Shown: in pieces, positions 9,402 to 17,952 of the stretch | Position numbering within the stretch: position 1 is the first letter of the stretch | How the letters are laid out: each line of letters starts with the position of its first letter | IMG/VR virus record: IMGVR_UViG_3300013117_000053 | Span: 1-51,967 of that record | Source of the DNA: a virus | Taxonomy: Duplodnaviria; Caudoviricetes | DNA: 51,967 nt | Strand: one strand, 5' to 3' | Made by a program: the position numbers and the translations under genes | Notes under the pieces: generated by a model | Database searches by the model: none | Told to the model about the DNA's origin: nothing | Seen by the model: only the letters and a program-made list of their open reading frames with translations

Positions 9402-9828
9402 TTTGACAGAAGCAAGATTCGCCGCCAAGTCGGTTGAATACGAGACGCCGCAAGACCTGTTTGACGGGCTGGACGCGGAGTTTGGTTTCACTTGTGACGT
9501 GGCGAGTACGGACGCCAACGCGAAATGTGCGAAGCACTTTACGCTTGCCGACGACGGGCTTGCCCAGCCGTGGGAAGGGGTTTGCTGGTGCAACCCCCCG
9601 TATGGCCGGGAAATGCCGCGATGGATTCGCAAGGCTCGGACAGAGGCGGAAGCAGGGAAAGCAACCACAGTCTTGCTTATTCCGGCCAGGACAAATACCG
9701 GATGGTGGCACGACGAGTGCATGAAGGGTGAGGTGAGGTTCATTCGTGGGCGACCACGGTTCAACGGAGGCAAGCATGGTCTGCCGTTTCCGTTGGCGGT
9801 CGTGGTCTTCCGTACCTCCAACGACTGA
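9394..9828 (+). CDS. Phage-type DNA N6-adenine methyltransferase (Dam family; cassette-borne)
   Basis: YETPQDLF, FTCDVAS, DGLAQPW, WCNPPYG, LIPARTNT, FIRGRPRF. Confidence 0.9.
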   Translation: MADLTEARFAAKSVEYETPQDLFDGLDAEFGFTCDVASTDANAKCAKHFTLADDGLAQPWEGVCWCNPPYGREMPRWIRKARTEAEAGKATTVLLIPARTNTGWWHDECMKGEVRFIRGRPRFNGGKHGLPFPLAVVVFRTSND

Positions 9829-9875
9829 CATCAGCGTTGCGCGAATAGCGCATACGCTGAATGTCTTGGTTGGGT
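9816..9875 (-). repeat. attC-like site 7
   Basis: CTCCAAC...gacatcagcgttgcgc/gcgcatacgctgaatgtc...GTTGGGT. Confidence 0.85.
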
Positions 9876-9904
9876 TTCTCCCGGCCAAGACGGAAAGGAA
9901 CGAG

Positions 9905-10165
9905 ATGGCATACGCTACGATGGATGATTTCAAATACGCAATCGAGACCATGCAACCAAAGCGCGAGGATTGGGACAACACACAAGTATCACGCGGAACG
10001 CCGGAAGATCTTGAGGTTTTCCGAAGAACGCGATGCCTATTTGTCGGTGATCGCATACGCAAAGCAATGAAGTGCGAACACAAATACCGTAGCGCGTTCA
10101 ATCACGAATTGTGCATGACGTGTGGATGCCTTATTGCGGGTGGCCTTAGTAAACCCAACAGGTAA
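9905..10165 (+). CDS. Cassette gene, hypothetical protein with CxH...CxxC
   Basis: AAAGGA SD before ATG 9905; ends KPNR across the final AAC core. Confidence 0.65.
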   Translation: MAYATMDDFKYAIETMQPKREDWDNTQVSRGTPEDLEVFRRTRCLFVGDRIRKAMKCEHKYRSAFNHELCMTCGCLIAGGLSKPNR

Positions 10166-10190
10166 TTCTACAGAAACGATCCATATAACC
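10151..10190 (-). other. Putative attI-like terminal recombination site
   Basis: AAACCCAAC matches the GTTGGGTTT start of the last cassette, but no hairpin follows; the - strand reads GGTTATATGG...ATTACCT-GTTGGGT. Confidence 0.45.
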
Positions 10191-10220
10191 CAAGAGGGCC
10201 GATTCGCGGGTAGTAGGGTA

Positions 10221-11009
10221 ATGGTACGTAAGGTGTATGATCCTGAGATAATGAAAAACGTACTCAGAATCAGTACGCTTAGCGATGAACACATACGATG
10301 GAATACCTACAAGGTACTTAGGCAGAGTACCCCGGCTGAAGTCGAAGGCGGTAAAGTATCGTACTTCGATTATCATAAAATCATGCACGAAATCGGAAAG
10401 CGGTATGGTGTATCGCATCGTCATGTGGCCGGGGTATTCTGTGCTCTTAGTCCGAATGCCGATTGGCTCTCTAATCTTCGTAGTGCCTTAACTGTAGTAC
10501 ATGGTTTTGTAAATAGCTGGGCCGAGCACGAGGTCACAGTCAGCACGTACAAGCATAATCGAGCAAAGGCATGGGAGTTGATGGCGGGAGCCCCCTTCGA
10601 TGAGGTGTATAAGGGACTAAAAGTCCGTGCCTTCTATCGAAATATCTGTGACCCGAATGATCGAGAGCATGTTTGTGTTGACGGGCATATGGCAAACGTG
10701 GCGCGGGGCTACCCTGTGGGTACGCGGTATGCTGAGACCGGGGGTATAAAAGGCTATAGGCGAATCGTTGCGGCGGTTAAAGAGGTTGCCGAGCAAGAAG
10801 GGCTGATACCATCTCAGTTACAGGGGATTTTGTGGGTGACATGGAAACGTATTCACGGCATAATGATTAGTGACCACGCTAGTTTGTTTGATGCGTTGGT
10901 AGAGTGGAAACGTCCGTATATTGATACAAGTAACTGGAGACCGTACCCTAGACGTGTGCAGAAAAATGAGAAGGAGTCGGGATACGTGCAAGAGTGTTTG
11001 TGCTTCTGA
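10221..11009 (+). CDS. Phage protein resembling HhH-GPD-fold DNA glycosylase-like family
   Basis: ALSP..W..N, KVRAFY.NI, VCVDGH, QLQGILWVTWKR motifs; start codon uncertain. Confidence 0.6.
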   Translation: MVRKVYDPEIMKNVLRISTLSDEHIRWNTYKVLRQSTPAEVEGGKVSYFDYHKIMHEIGKRYGVSHRHVAGVFCALSPNADWLSNLRSALTVVHGFVNSWAEHEVTVSTYKHNRAKAWELMAGAPFDEVYKGLKVRAFYRNICDPNDREHVCVDGHMANVARGYPVGTRYAETGGIKGYRRIVAAVKEVAEQEGLIPSQLQGILWVTWKRIHGIMISDHASLFDALVEWKRPYIDTSNWRPYPRRVQKNEKESGYVQECLCF

Positions 11010-11033
11010 AAACTTTTCAAACTAGGAGGGAAG

Positions 11034-11345
11034 ATGAGAGACTATGATGTGAAAAGGGATGATCTACTACCTGTAAAGTTTGCGGGGCAGACACATGGGT
11101 TTACAAAGCCGATTGATTGGAACAAGCATTCTTGCGGGCAGGATTGTGGAGACTTACCCCTACAGCTTATCTTTCACAGTGATACGGATGTGCGACAACG
11201 GTCACACCAAAGTGTATGGGCACTGACATGGAGGCAGCGTATTAAGTTACTATTTACGGGTAAAGTATGGCTGTGTGTGCGTAACTTGCAGCCTCCTTTG
11301 TCACTTCATACGCATCGGGTGTACCCTGAAGGAAACAGAAAGTAG
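11034..11345 (+). CDS. Hypothetical protein
   Basis: AGGAGG SD; CGDLP...W.LTWRQRIKLLFTGKVWL...QPP pattern of a small phage family. Confidence 0.65.
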   Translation: MRDYDVKRDDLLPVKFAGQTHGFTKPIDWNKHSCGQDCGDLPLQLIFHSDTDVRQRSHQSVWALTWRQRIKLLFTGKVWLCVRNLQPPLSLHTHRVYPEGNRK

Positions 11346-11372
11346 AGTGCTGCAGTAAGAGAGGAGGAAAGT

Positions 11373-11618
11373 ATGACGAGAGTAGAGAAAATGGCAGCGG
11401 TGTTTAATGAATGGAACAGGCAGTATGCGGAGAATCCGACGAAGTTCTCTAAGCCACTGAACGATGACGGGACGCCGAAGACTGATTATGGACAATGTGC
11501 TGCGGAGTTTTTCGTTCAAATCGAACAGGAGATGGTAGATTCGGGGGCACTTCCTGAGAAGACAATGCTAGTTGACATGGAGACGGGTTTGCCGGGAATA
11601 CCTTGCGGGGAAGCATAA
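11373..11618 (+). CDS. Hypothetical protein
   Basis: GAGGAGG SD. Confidence 0.6.
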   Translation: MTRVEKMAAVFNEWNRQYAENPTKFSKPLNDDGTPKTDYGQCAAEFFVQIEQEMVDSGALPEKTMLVDMETGLPGIPCGEA

Positions 11619-11649
11619 ACATACAAAGTTGCGGAGAGGAGCAGAGAGG

Positions 11650-12000
11650 ATGTTGACGTTTGAAGAACTGGCAGAGAAGTACGGGGTGCCTATGATGGAG
11701 GGTGCGCGGGTTGTGTACACCGATGCGCAGAACAAGGAGCACGAAGCAGAGATTGTGGGGGTAGCTGAGTCTACTGAAGATGAGGGAGACTATGTACTGT
11801 GTTCTATCCCGACATACTTCCCCGGTAAGCTGTTCGTGTGTCACCCTACCCGGAAGTTGCGTTATCCCGCAGTGGTAAGGAGACGGCAGCCCCCTTCCGT
11901 GGAAAAACCATCACGTAGGAAAGCGCCCGTTATGATACCGCCGAGACGACGTATGCCTCCTGCGAAGCCTCCGAAAAGAAGAACGTCGATATCGGTATAG
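11650..12000 (+). CDS. Hypothetical protein with Pro/Arg-rich tail
   Basis: ATG near 11650 after a purine-rich SD, inside ORF 11572..12000. Confidence 0.55.
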   Translation: MLTFEELAEKYGVPMMEGARVVYTDAQNKEHEAEIVGVAESTEDEGDYVLCSIPTYFPGKLFVCHPTRKLRYPAVVRRRQPPSVEKPSRRKAPVMIPPRRRMPPAKPPKRRTSISV

Positions 12001-12012
12001 GGGGAAGAGATA

Positions 12013-12210
12013 GTGAATGTATGGTATGTATGGTTAGCGTACGTGTTGGCGTGGGCATTGATGGGGTGGGTGGGTTGGATGAGGTATATCGAATCTTGCT
12101 GGCAGCTTAGTCGGATAACTGAGCGTGTCTACTTTATACTGTGTGGTCCTCTCATATGGTTAGGTTTTGCACTGATACGACTTAGGCGCTGGTATAGAGC
12201 CAAGCATTAG
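12013..12210 (+). CDS. Small two-TM membrane protein
   Basis: Two hydrophobic segments and a basic C-terminus. Confidence 0.5.
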   Translation: MNVWYVWLAYVLAWALMGWVGWMRYIESCWQLSRITERVYFILCGPLIWLGFALIRLRRWYRAKH

Positions 12211-12270
12211 GGTTTTTGCTGGACTTATTTGGAGTGATAGGCCATAGTGAGCGAAAACTAGGGAGTAGCT

Positions 12271-14748
12271 ATGGCGCGGATCTTAGAAGGTCTTAAGTTT
12301 GCGAGGCGTGTCCCTCAGAATCGAACAGATTTGGTTATGGAGTCCCGTACTCCTGATGCTAAGGAGCGTACGTTCATTGAGCGTACGCTTCGTGTTCCGA
12401 TATACGAGTTCAGTGACATGCGGGCCTATCTTCGGGTAGGTTGTGAGAAGGTATGGGCGTCGTTCAGGGCGTGTCACTTGACAGCATCGGTTCTGCTTTC
12501 CACTAAGTTTAAGGTGCAGGGCAAAGAGCTTGGAGCTGATGTACAGAATCCTGAATTGAATCGTTTGCTTAGTACGCCTAACCCATTCGATTCATGGGCA
12601 GAGTTGCTGTATCTGTGGGTTTACCATATGAAGCTGACAGGGCGGGCGTACTGGCTTAAAGATGAAATGGATTACAAAGGTAGACCGAAATACCTTTATC
12701 CATTGATGCCTCAGTATGTAGCGCCCATACCTCACCCTACCGAAAAAATTAGTGGGTACATATATCGGGTTAATGGGCAGGAGCAACACTTTGAACGGGA
12801 TGAGATAATTCATTTTCGTCGTCCTCATCCTATGAAACTGCACGGGGCATTAGGCGATGTAGCAGCGTCTCAACCACTTTATCGAGAGTACATAGCACGA
12901 AACACACTTGAGGAGAAGTTTCTTGCTAATGGGGCAATGCCGTCTGGCATTCTTACTAAGAAAGAGGCTGAAGAGGATGAAGAGGAGTGGGCTAAGCTGA
13001 AGAAGTGGTGGAAGTCTGAGTACGAGGGGGAGCGTAACGTAGGTAAGACGGCTTTTCTGAATGGCGAATGGGCATACACGAAGCTGGGACTGACACATTC
13101 TGAGATGCAATCCATTGAGAACGAGAAATGGAGCATCGAGCAGATATTTACCAATCATGGTGTGCCGCTTTCGATGGCGGGGATCAAAGAAGCTGCAAAC
13201 TACGCTTGCCTTCCTGCTGGGGAGCTAGTCACAACGCAAAATGGGGTGCCTGTTCCTATCGAGCAATTAGAGGCTGGAGATGTTATTGTCCAGTTTGATC
13301 CTGCGATGGGTAGTGTTGAGGTTCCTGTTGAAGCGATTATCGAACAGGGTGACGCTGAGGTTTTGGAGCTTGTCACGGATTCACGTACTCTTCGAGCATC
13401 AAATAACCATCCAGTTTTATGTGTGAATCGTACAGCGGGAACAGGGCGTAACGGGAAACGAGTTGAGGTAGCTCTGGAATACAAATACGTTGAGGATCTT
13501 TGTGTAGGCGATATAGTGGTATGCTTAGACGAGCTTATGTGTAAAAGGAATAAGTGTATTCCTATTGAGAACCGTGATCCTATTGATGCTGCATACGCAC
13601 TTGGACAGTATGTAGGAGACGGCAGCGGTGCTTCCCTTACACGTATACGAATTGGGGGGTTTACTATTGCTACACATGAAAAAGAGGGTTACCAGTCAGT
13701 AGTAGCTGATGCGTTTAAGGCATTTGGGTTTGTGCCGTCAGTTAATCCTACTAGCATTAGGTTTCAGTCTGCGGATTTTGCGCGTGATATGGTTAGTGCA
13801 GGTTTTGGCGGTAGGTCAGGTGAGAAGCGTATTCCTGAATGGGTCTTTTCACTTCCAGTTGAACAACAACTACATTTTGCTGCGGGATTGATTGACGCGG
13901 ATGGTTGTGTTGCAGAGCGTGGTAGTATTACGTTTGCTGTAGCAAATAAAGAGTTGGCTAGTGACTTTAAGCATTTGCTTATGTGTCTCGGAGTTCCAAC
14001 CAGTAACTTGCGTCCATGTGAGCAGTTCACGAACTATGGGGATGTTGTAAGTTGGCGTTTTACTGCTGGAATTGTGAGAGAAAACAAGCGGCTACCTTTG
14101 CGACACCCCAAAAAAGCACAACGGCTTGCAGTAGCGGAAAGTAAAGGTGATAAGGCAGGTAAGGGGATTCCGGGTGCGTATCGTTTACCTTCTGATCTTG
14201 TGTTGCCCGAGGGTTATGGCGTACAGAAGGTTAGAAGTATACGTTCTCTTGGTAAGATGCCAGTCTATGATTTAGCAACTACTGGGTACCACAATTTTCT
14301 TGCTTCTGGCATTGTCACACATAATACGGCGCGGCAAGACGAGATTAACTTTCGTAAGTACGAAATTGTTCCCCTTCTGGATTTGTTGGTAGGCAAGCTG
14401 AATGGCGAAGAGACAGCGGTGGGTAAGCCTGTATTTGTGCGGGCTTTTTCTTCTATATGGGAATTGGCATACGAGTTATCAGGCTTGATTGATGTTGAGC
14501 AGGTAGTGAAGGATTACGGTCCTCTTGTGGATAGGGGTGCGCTAACGCCGAATCAGTTACGGGAATTATGCGGGTTGGAGCGTGACGAGGGTAATCCGTT
14601 GCTTGATCAGTATTTTGTGAATAGAAACCGTGTACCTATTGAGTTTGCGGGATTCTCAACTCCGACAGATGCGGAGCGTGAAAGAGATCGTAGAGAGAAT
14701 GAATCTATTCTTCCCGAAGGGGAGGAAGATGATGAAGTAGAGGAATGA
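12271..14748 (+). CDS. HK97-family portal protein with intein
   Basis: LLSTPNPF, GRAYW, LYPLMP, DEIIHFR, FLANGAMPSGIL, GVPLSMAG, LTPNQLRE. Confidence 0.93.
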   Translation: MARILEGLKFARRVPQNRTDLVMESRTPDAKERTFIERTLRVPIYEFSDMRAYLRVGCEKVWASFRACHLTASVLLSTKFKVQGKELGADVQNPELNRLLSTPNPFDSWAELLYLWVYHMKLTGRAYWLKDEMDYKGRPKYLYPLMPQYVAPIPHPTEKISGYIYRVNGQEQHFERDEIIHFRRPHPMKLHGALGDVAASQPLYREYIARNTLEEKFLANGAMPSGILTKKEAEEDEEEWAKLKKWWKSEYEGERNVGKTAFLNGEWAYTKLGLTHSEMQSIENEKWSIEQIFTNHGVPLSMAGIKEAANYACLPAGELVTTQNGVPVPIEQLEAGDVIVQFDPAMGSVEVPVEAIIEQGDAEVLELVTDSRTLRASNNHPVLCVNRTAGTGRNGKRVEVALEYKYVEDLCVGDIVVCLDELMCKRNKCIPIENRDPIDAAYALGQYVGDGSGASLTRIRIGGFTIATHEKEGYQSVVADAFKAFGFVPSVNPTSIRFQSADFARDMVSAGFGGRSGEKRIPEWVFSLPVEQQLHFAAGLIDADGCVAERGSITFAVANKELASDFKHLLMCLGVPTSNLRPCEQFTNYGDVVSWRFTAGIVRENKRLPLRHPKKAQRLAVAESKGDKAGKGIPGAYRLPSDLVLPEGYGVQKVRSIRSLGKMPVYDLATTGYHNFLASGIVTHNTARQDEINFRKYEIVPLLDLLVGKLNGEETAVGKPVFVRAFSSIWELAYELSGLIDVEQVVKDYGPLVDRGALTPNQLRELCGLERDEGNPLLDQYFVNRNRVPIEFAGFSTPTDAERERDRRENESILPEGEEDDEVEE
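13207..14325 (+). mobile_element. Intein (373 aa) with in-frame LAGLIDADG homing endonuclease
   Basis: NYA|CLPAGELV, ASNNHP block B, LGQYVGDG and FAAGLIDADG, VYDL...HNFLASGIVTHN|T. Confidence 0.95.
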
Positions 14749-14751
14749 GGA

Positions 14752-15111
14752 ATGACTATGGAAGCGGTATTGCTGGCTAGTGCCTCGCTTACGAGTGTGG
14801 GGTTGGTCGTCGCTCAGGCAGCAGATCCGATAACAGCGGCGGGTAAGGTAGCTCAGTTAGGGGCTACGGGTATTCTTGCATTAGCTCTGATTGTTGTGAC
14901 GTATGCTTATTGGTCTGAGCATAAGCGGCATATCAAAGAGAGTGCGGATCGTGAGAATGAGCATCGGGATTTTGTGCAGAAGTTGCAGGATCAAGCAAAC
15001 AAATATAGTGAGACACTTCAAGTTGTAATCGCTGAGTCAAGTAGGTTGCATGCGGAAAACTCTCTTAGGCTGACAGAAGTAGCTCAATTACTCCGTGAAG
15101 CCAAGGGGTGA
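14752..15111 (+). CDS. Membrane protein with coiled-coil tail (holin-like candidate)
   Basis: Hydrophobic N-terminus plus TM segment GILALALIVVTYAYW; helical C-terminus. Confidence 0.55.
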   Translation: MTMEAVLLASASLTSVGLVVAQAADPITAAGKVAQLGATGILALALIVVTYAYWSEHKRHIKESADRENEHRDFVQKLQDQANKYSETLQVVIAESSRLHAENSLRLTEVAQLLREAKG

Positions 15112-15539
15112 ATGACGTGAAGCGTACAGATCCGTTTGTGCTGTTGGTAGAGGATGATCGTGATTGGCGTATTGTGTTTAAGCATTATGCAGAGACAGCT
15201 TTCCCCGATGTAATAGTACATTGTGTGAGAACAGTGCATGATGCGATAGCTTTTCTTCGCACGGGGCGTTACTGCATGTGTGTGGTTGTAGATTATGAGT
15301 TGCAGGGTATGCGGGGAGATGCGGTATTGGCAGCACTAGCATTTATGGATGTGCCTGTAGCTATATGGACAGCACATTCTAAGGCTCATCTTAGAGAGAT
15401 GGGGCATTGCTCTTACGGCGATGATGAATGCCTTGTCTTTGAGAAGGGTAATGATGACAAGAGGTTCATGGAGTGGCTGAGTCATGTTGGTAAGGAGCAG
15501 ACTTCAAAATGCCTTATCGCCCGCCCAAAGCAACCATAG
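15108..15539 (+). CDS. Stand-alone response-regulator receiver (REC) domain protein
   Basis: VLLVEDD, VVVDYEL phospho-acceptor Asp, IWTAHS, FEK conserved Lys. Confidence 0.85.
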   Translation: MNDVKRTDPFVLLVEDDRDWRIVFKHYAETAFPDVIVHCVRTVHDAIAFLRTGRYCMCVVVDYELQGMRGDAVLAALAFMDVPVAIWTAHSKAHLREMGHCSYGDDECLVFEKGNDDKRFMEWLSHVGKEQTSKCLIARPKQP

Positions 15540-17128
15540 TTCGTCGTAGGCAGTTACCCCGGCACCACCTATCTCCCGGCAGGGCTGTGCAGCTTATTAA
15601 GAGTAGCCATGTACCGGAGCGGGGATGGAGTGCGCAGACTTTTCGGGGGGAGAACGGTAGGCGACTGATTGATGATTTTGTAATAGCTCATCGAGTTGTG
15701 GTGGCGAAGGGCATTCGCAGGCTGGCACCCCAGATCAAGATCTACTTCAAGTACGTTCTACGGCATACACTCGACAAGTTTACTGAGCGGGCATTGCGTG
15801 TGTATGGTATCCCTCTCAAATCCGGTAGGAAGGATGTACTACAGTCAGTTGTTCTTTCTCCCGGCATGCATGAGGATCTGTGGGCACAGGCGTTAGCAGA
15901 CGTTCTACAGGAAGCAGGGCTTGACTTCTCTATGAATCTAGCTGGAGCTATTCAGGGGGGTGTGGACGCTGCATATGCTACGACAGCTTCTCTTATGGGT
16001 GTGGTAGCACGTCCGGGGACGCAAGGAGTTCTTAATTATCGGGCACAAATGTTGGGGCAGCGTATTACCCGAATATCCGATACTACCAGAAGCATGTTTC
16101 AGCAAATCCTAGGTAATGGTATACAAGACAATCTTACGCCTGTGGAGATGGCAGAGGTATTGCGTTCTCGTTTTCCTCAGATGGCATCATGGCGAACGGC
16201 GATGATTGCCCGTACAGAAATGGGAATGGCAGCAGATGCGGGGCGCATACAGGGGTTGCAGGAATCAGAAGTAGTGACTCATGTATCGGTGATTGGGTGT
16301 GAGGCACGTGAGGCGCATAGCCCTTCGTATCGTGGGGAGTCTACGTGTAATATCAGTGATGTACCTATTGAGGATGCGGAGACGCTGGACTTTCATCCTA
16401 ACCATACGGGATGCATTGTGCCAAGTCGTATGCGTGATGCTTTTGGTGAGGAAGTCGAGTTGACGGATGAGCAAATGGGAGATGCTCCCGCGCTGTTTGA
16501 TGAGGGGGCACCGATAGAGCGAGCGTATACGTCACCGGAAGAGGCAGCACGCGATCTTGATTTTGTGGGGTGGGGCATGCGTTCGGTAGATGGAGTTGCC
16601 GCAACTGAGTATGCTGCGCTGGGTGTTTTGGCGCAAGTGGACAGTCCGTATAGTTATTCCCATATGAACCACTATTTACGAGCTGGGGCATTGGCGTTAG
16701 CGGAGCAAACGATGGAAGAGGTAACGCAAAGGCTTGCGTTGATTGATGCTGCGATAGCGCGGGCAAGTGCCCCCTTTCAATTGCGGTTATATCTTGGTAG
16801 TACTTTGGAGGAGTTCGGTATAGTACAAACTACTCCAGCGGCGTTACGAAATCTGGTAGGTAGGCAATTTACTGATCCGGGGTATATGCTTACGTCTGTG
16901 TCTTCGCAGGTTGTTACCGGGAATATGATTCCTAGTGGGTTTCTTTTGACAGTAAGAATACCTGTAGGGCATGGGGCTATGCCGTTGTTTGTTGGAGGTG
17001 CTGTACGTGATTCGATAGCGCCTATACGTGGAGAGGGGGAGGTACTGCTTCCTCGTGGTACGTCTATCATAGTTCGTGCCGTAAATACGTATGGGCCGGT
17101 TACTGAGATTATGGCAGAAGCGGTCTGA
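15509..17128 (+). CDS. MuF/SPP1 gp7-like minor head protein fused to a VIP2-type ADP-ribosyltransferase-like domain
   Basis: ITRISDTTR, IARTE, HPNH..CI (MuF); Y.HMNHYLR, FTDPGYMLTS, EGEVLLPRGT (ART). Confidence 0.85.
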   Translation: MPYRPPKATIVRRRQLPRHHLSPGRAVQLIKSSHVPERGWSAQTFRGENGRRLIDDFVIAHRVVVAKGIRRLAPQIKIYFKYVLRHTLDKFTERALRVYGIPLKSGRKDVLQSVVLSPGMHEDLWAQALADVLQEAGLDFSMNLAGAIQGGVDAAYATTASLMGVVARPGTQGVLNYRAQMLGQRITRISDTTRSMFQQILGNGIQDNLTPVEMAEVLRSRFPQMASWRTAMIARTEMGMAADAGRIQGLQESEVVTHVSVIGCEAREAHSPSYRGESTCNISDVPIEDAETLDFHPNHTGCIVPSRMRDAFGEEVELTDEQMGDAPALFDEGAPIERAYTSPEEAARDLDFVGWGMRSVDGVAATEYAALGVLAQVDSPYSYSHMNHYLRAGALALAEQTMEEVTQRLALIDAAIARASAPFQLRLYLGSTLEEFGIVQTTPAALRNLVGRQFTDPGYMLTSVSSQVVTGNMIPSGFLLTVRIPVGHGAMPLFVGGAVRDSIAPIRGEGEVLLPRGTSIIVRAVNTYGPVTEIMAEAV

Positions 17129-17232
17129 AAACTTTTCAAATGAAAGAAAGCCCTTGTGCCTATTATGCGCTATATGGTACAACGGAGAGGTAATGCAGAT
17201 GCGCGTGGTAGTGACGTAACAGGAGAAATCGA

Positions 17233-17952
17233 ATGAAGGCATGGATCAGGGTTCGGTATATGGGAGATACTCATAGGAATCTGGGTGTGTATGGTACGGT
17301 TGTGCCGGGAGAAGAATTCTCCATTAGTATGCGCGACTGGCAATACATGGAACAGTCGGTGGACGGTATCCCTGATTATCTTGAAAAGCTGGGGGAGTCT
17401 GACGAGCGCGAAGGGAGAGATCAGCCTGTTTCAGCACTTGATCGGGAGGCTAAGCTTGCGTGGGCGAATGGGCATGAGGGGGTTGAGATAGCGGCTGAGA
17501 TTTTGGAGGAACTGGCTGAAAAGACTGACAGCGAGTTTCTTGAAATTATCAATGTGATGGTGCAGGCTGCACTGAACCCAGATGAGCCGATCAACTATGT
17601 CGAGATGACGGTTGATGCTTTGCTGGAATTGTGCAAGGAGCGGGAGATTGAGGGAGTGGGTAGTAAGACTCGAAAGCCTCAACTGATTCAGGCGCTCATG
17701 GAGAACGACAAGCAGGAAGCATCTACAGAAGAGGGTAATGGTGTAGCTGCGGTCTTCAAGTATGTCGAGGATGACGAAGGAGAGACGGAACTGGACCGGG
17801 AAGCTACGCTGTTGGCAGTTGAGGAGACGGGTATCACGTTCGAGGACGAGTCTCTTGCGGCTTTGTCTGGCATGGAAGATGATGAGTTCGTGGCTGCTAT
17901 CTCCGAGGCAATTGCGGACAAGGCGAACGAAGACAAAGACCCGGAGGAATAG
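17233..17952 (+). CDS. Acidic protein with a SAP/Rho-N-like helix-extension-helix domain
   Basis: YVEMTVDALLELCKEREIEG...KPQLIQAL; AGGAG SD. Confidence 0.65.
   Translation: MKAWIRVRYMGDTHRNLGVYGTVVPGEEFSISMRDWQYMEQSVDGIPDYLEKLGESDEREGRDQPVSALDREAKLAWANGHEGVEIAAEILEELAEKTDSEFLEIINVMVQAALNPDEPINYVEMTVDALLELCKEREIEGVGSKTRKPQLIQALMENDKQEASTEEGNGVAAVFKYVEDDEGETELDREATLLAVEETGITFEDESLAALSGMEDDEFVAAISEAIADKANEDKDPEE

Larger units (their letters stand above)
7130..10190. mobile_element. Integron-like gene cassette array (seven attC-like sites plus attI-like terminus; no integrase in the window)
   Basis: Repeated AAC...imperfect hairpin...GTT units between single genes; the sequence starting at each GTT is the reverse complement of the sequence ending at the next AAC. 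Confidence 0.85.

Noticed and set aside
7130-9875. Intergenic hairpins as Rho-independent terminators or REP elements
   Set aside because: No U-tracts, sequences differ from one another, and the AAC/GTT cores with offset complementarity fit recombination sites better.
6741-10424. Long minus-strand ORFs over the cassette region (e.g. 7218-7856, 9337-10101) as an integrase or real genes
   Set aside because: No tyrosine-recombinase R-H-R-Y motifs or other recognisable domains; they shadow well-supported + strand genes.
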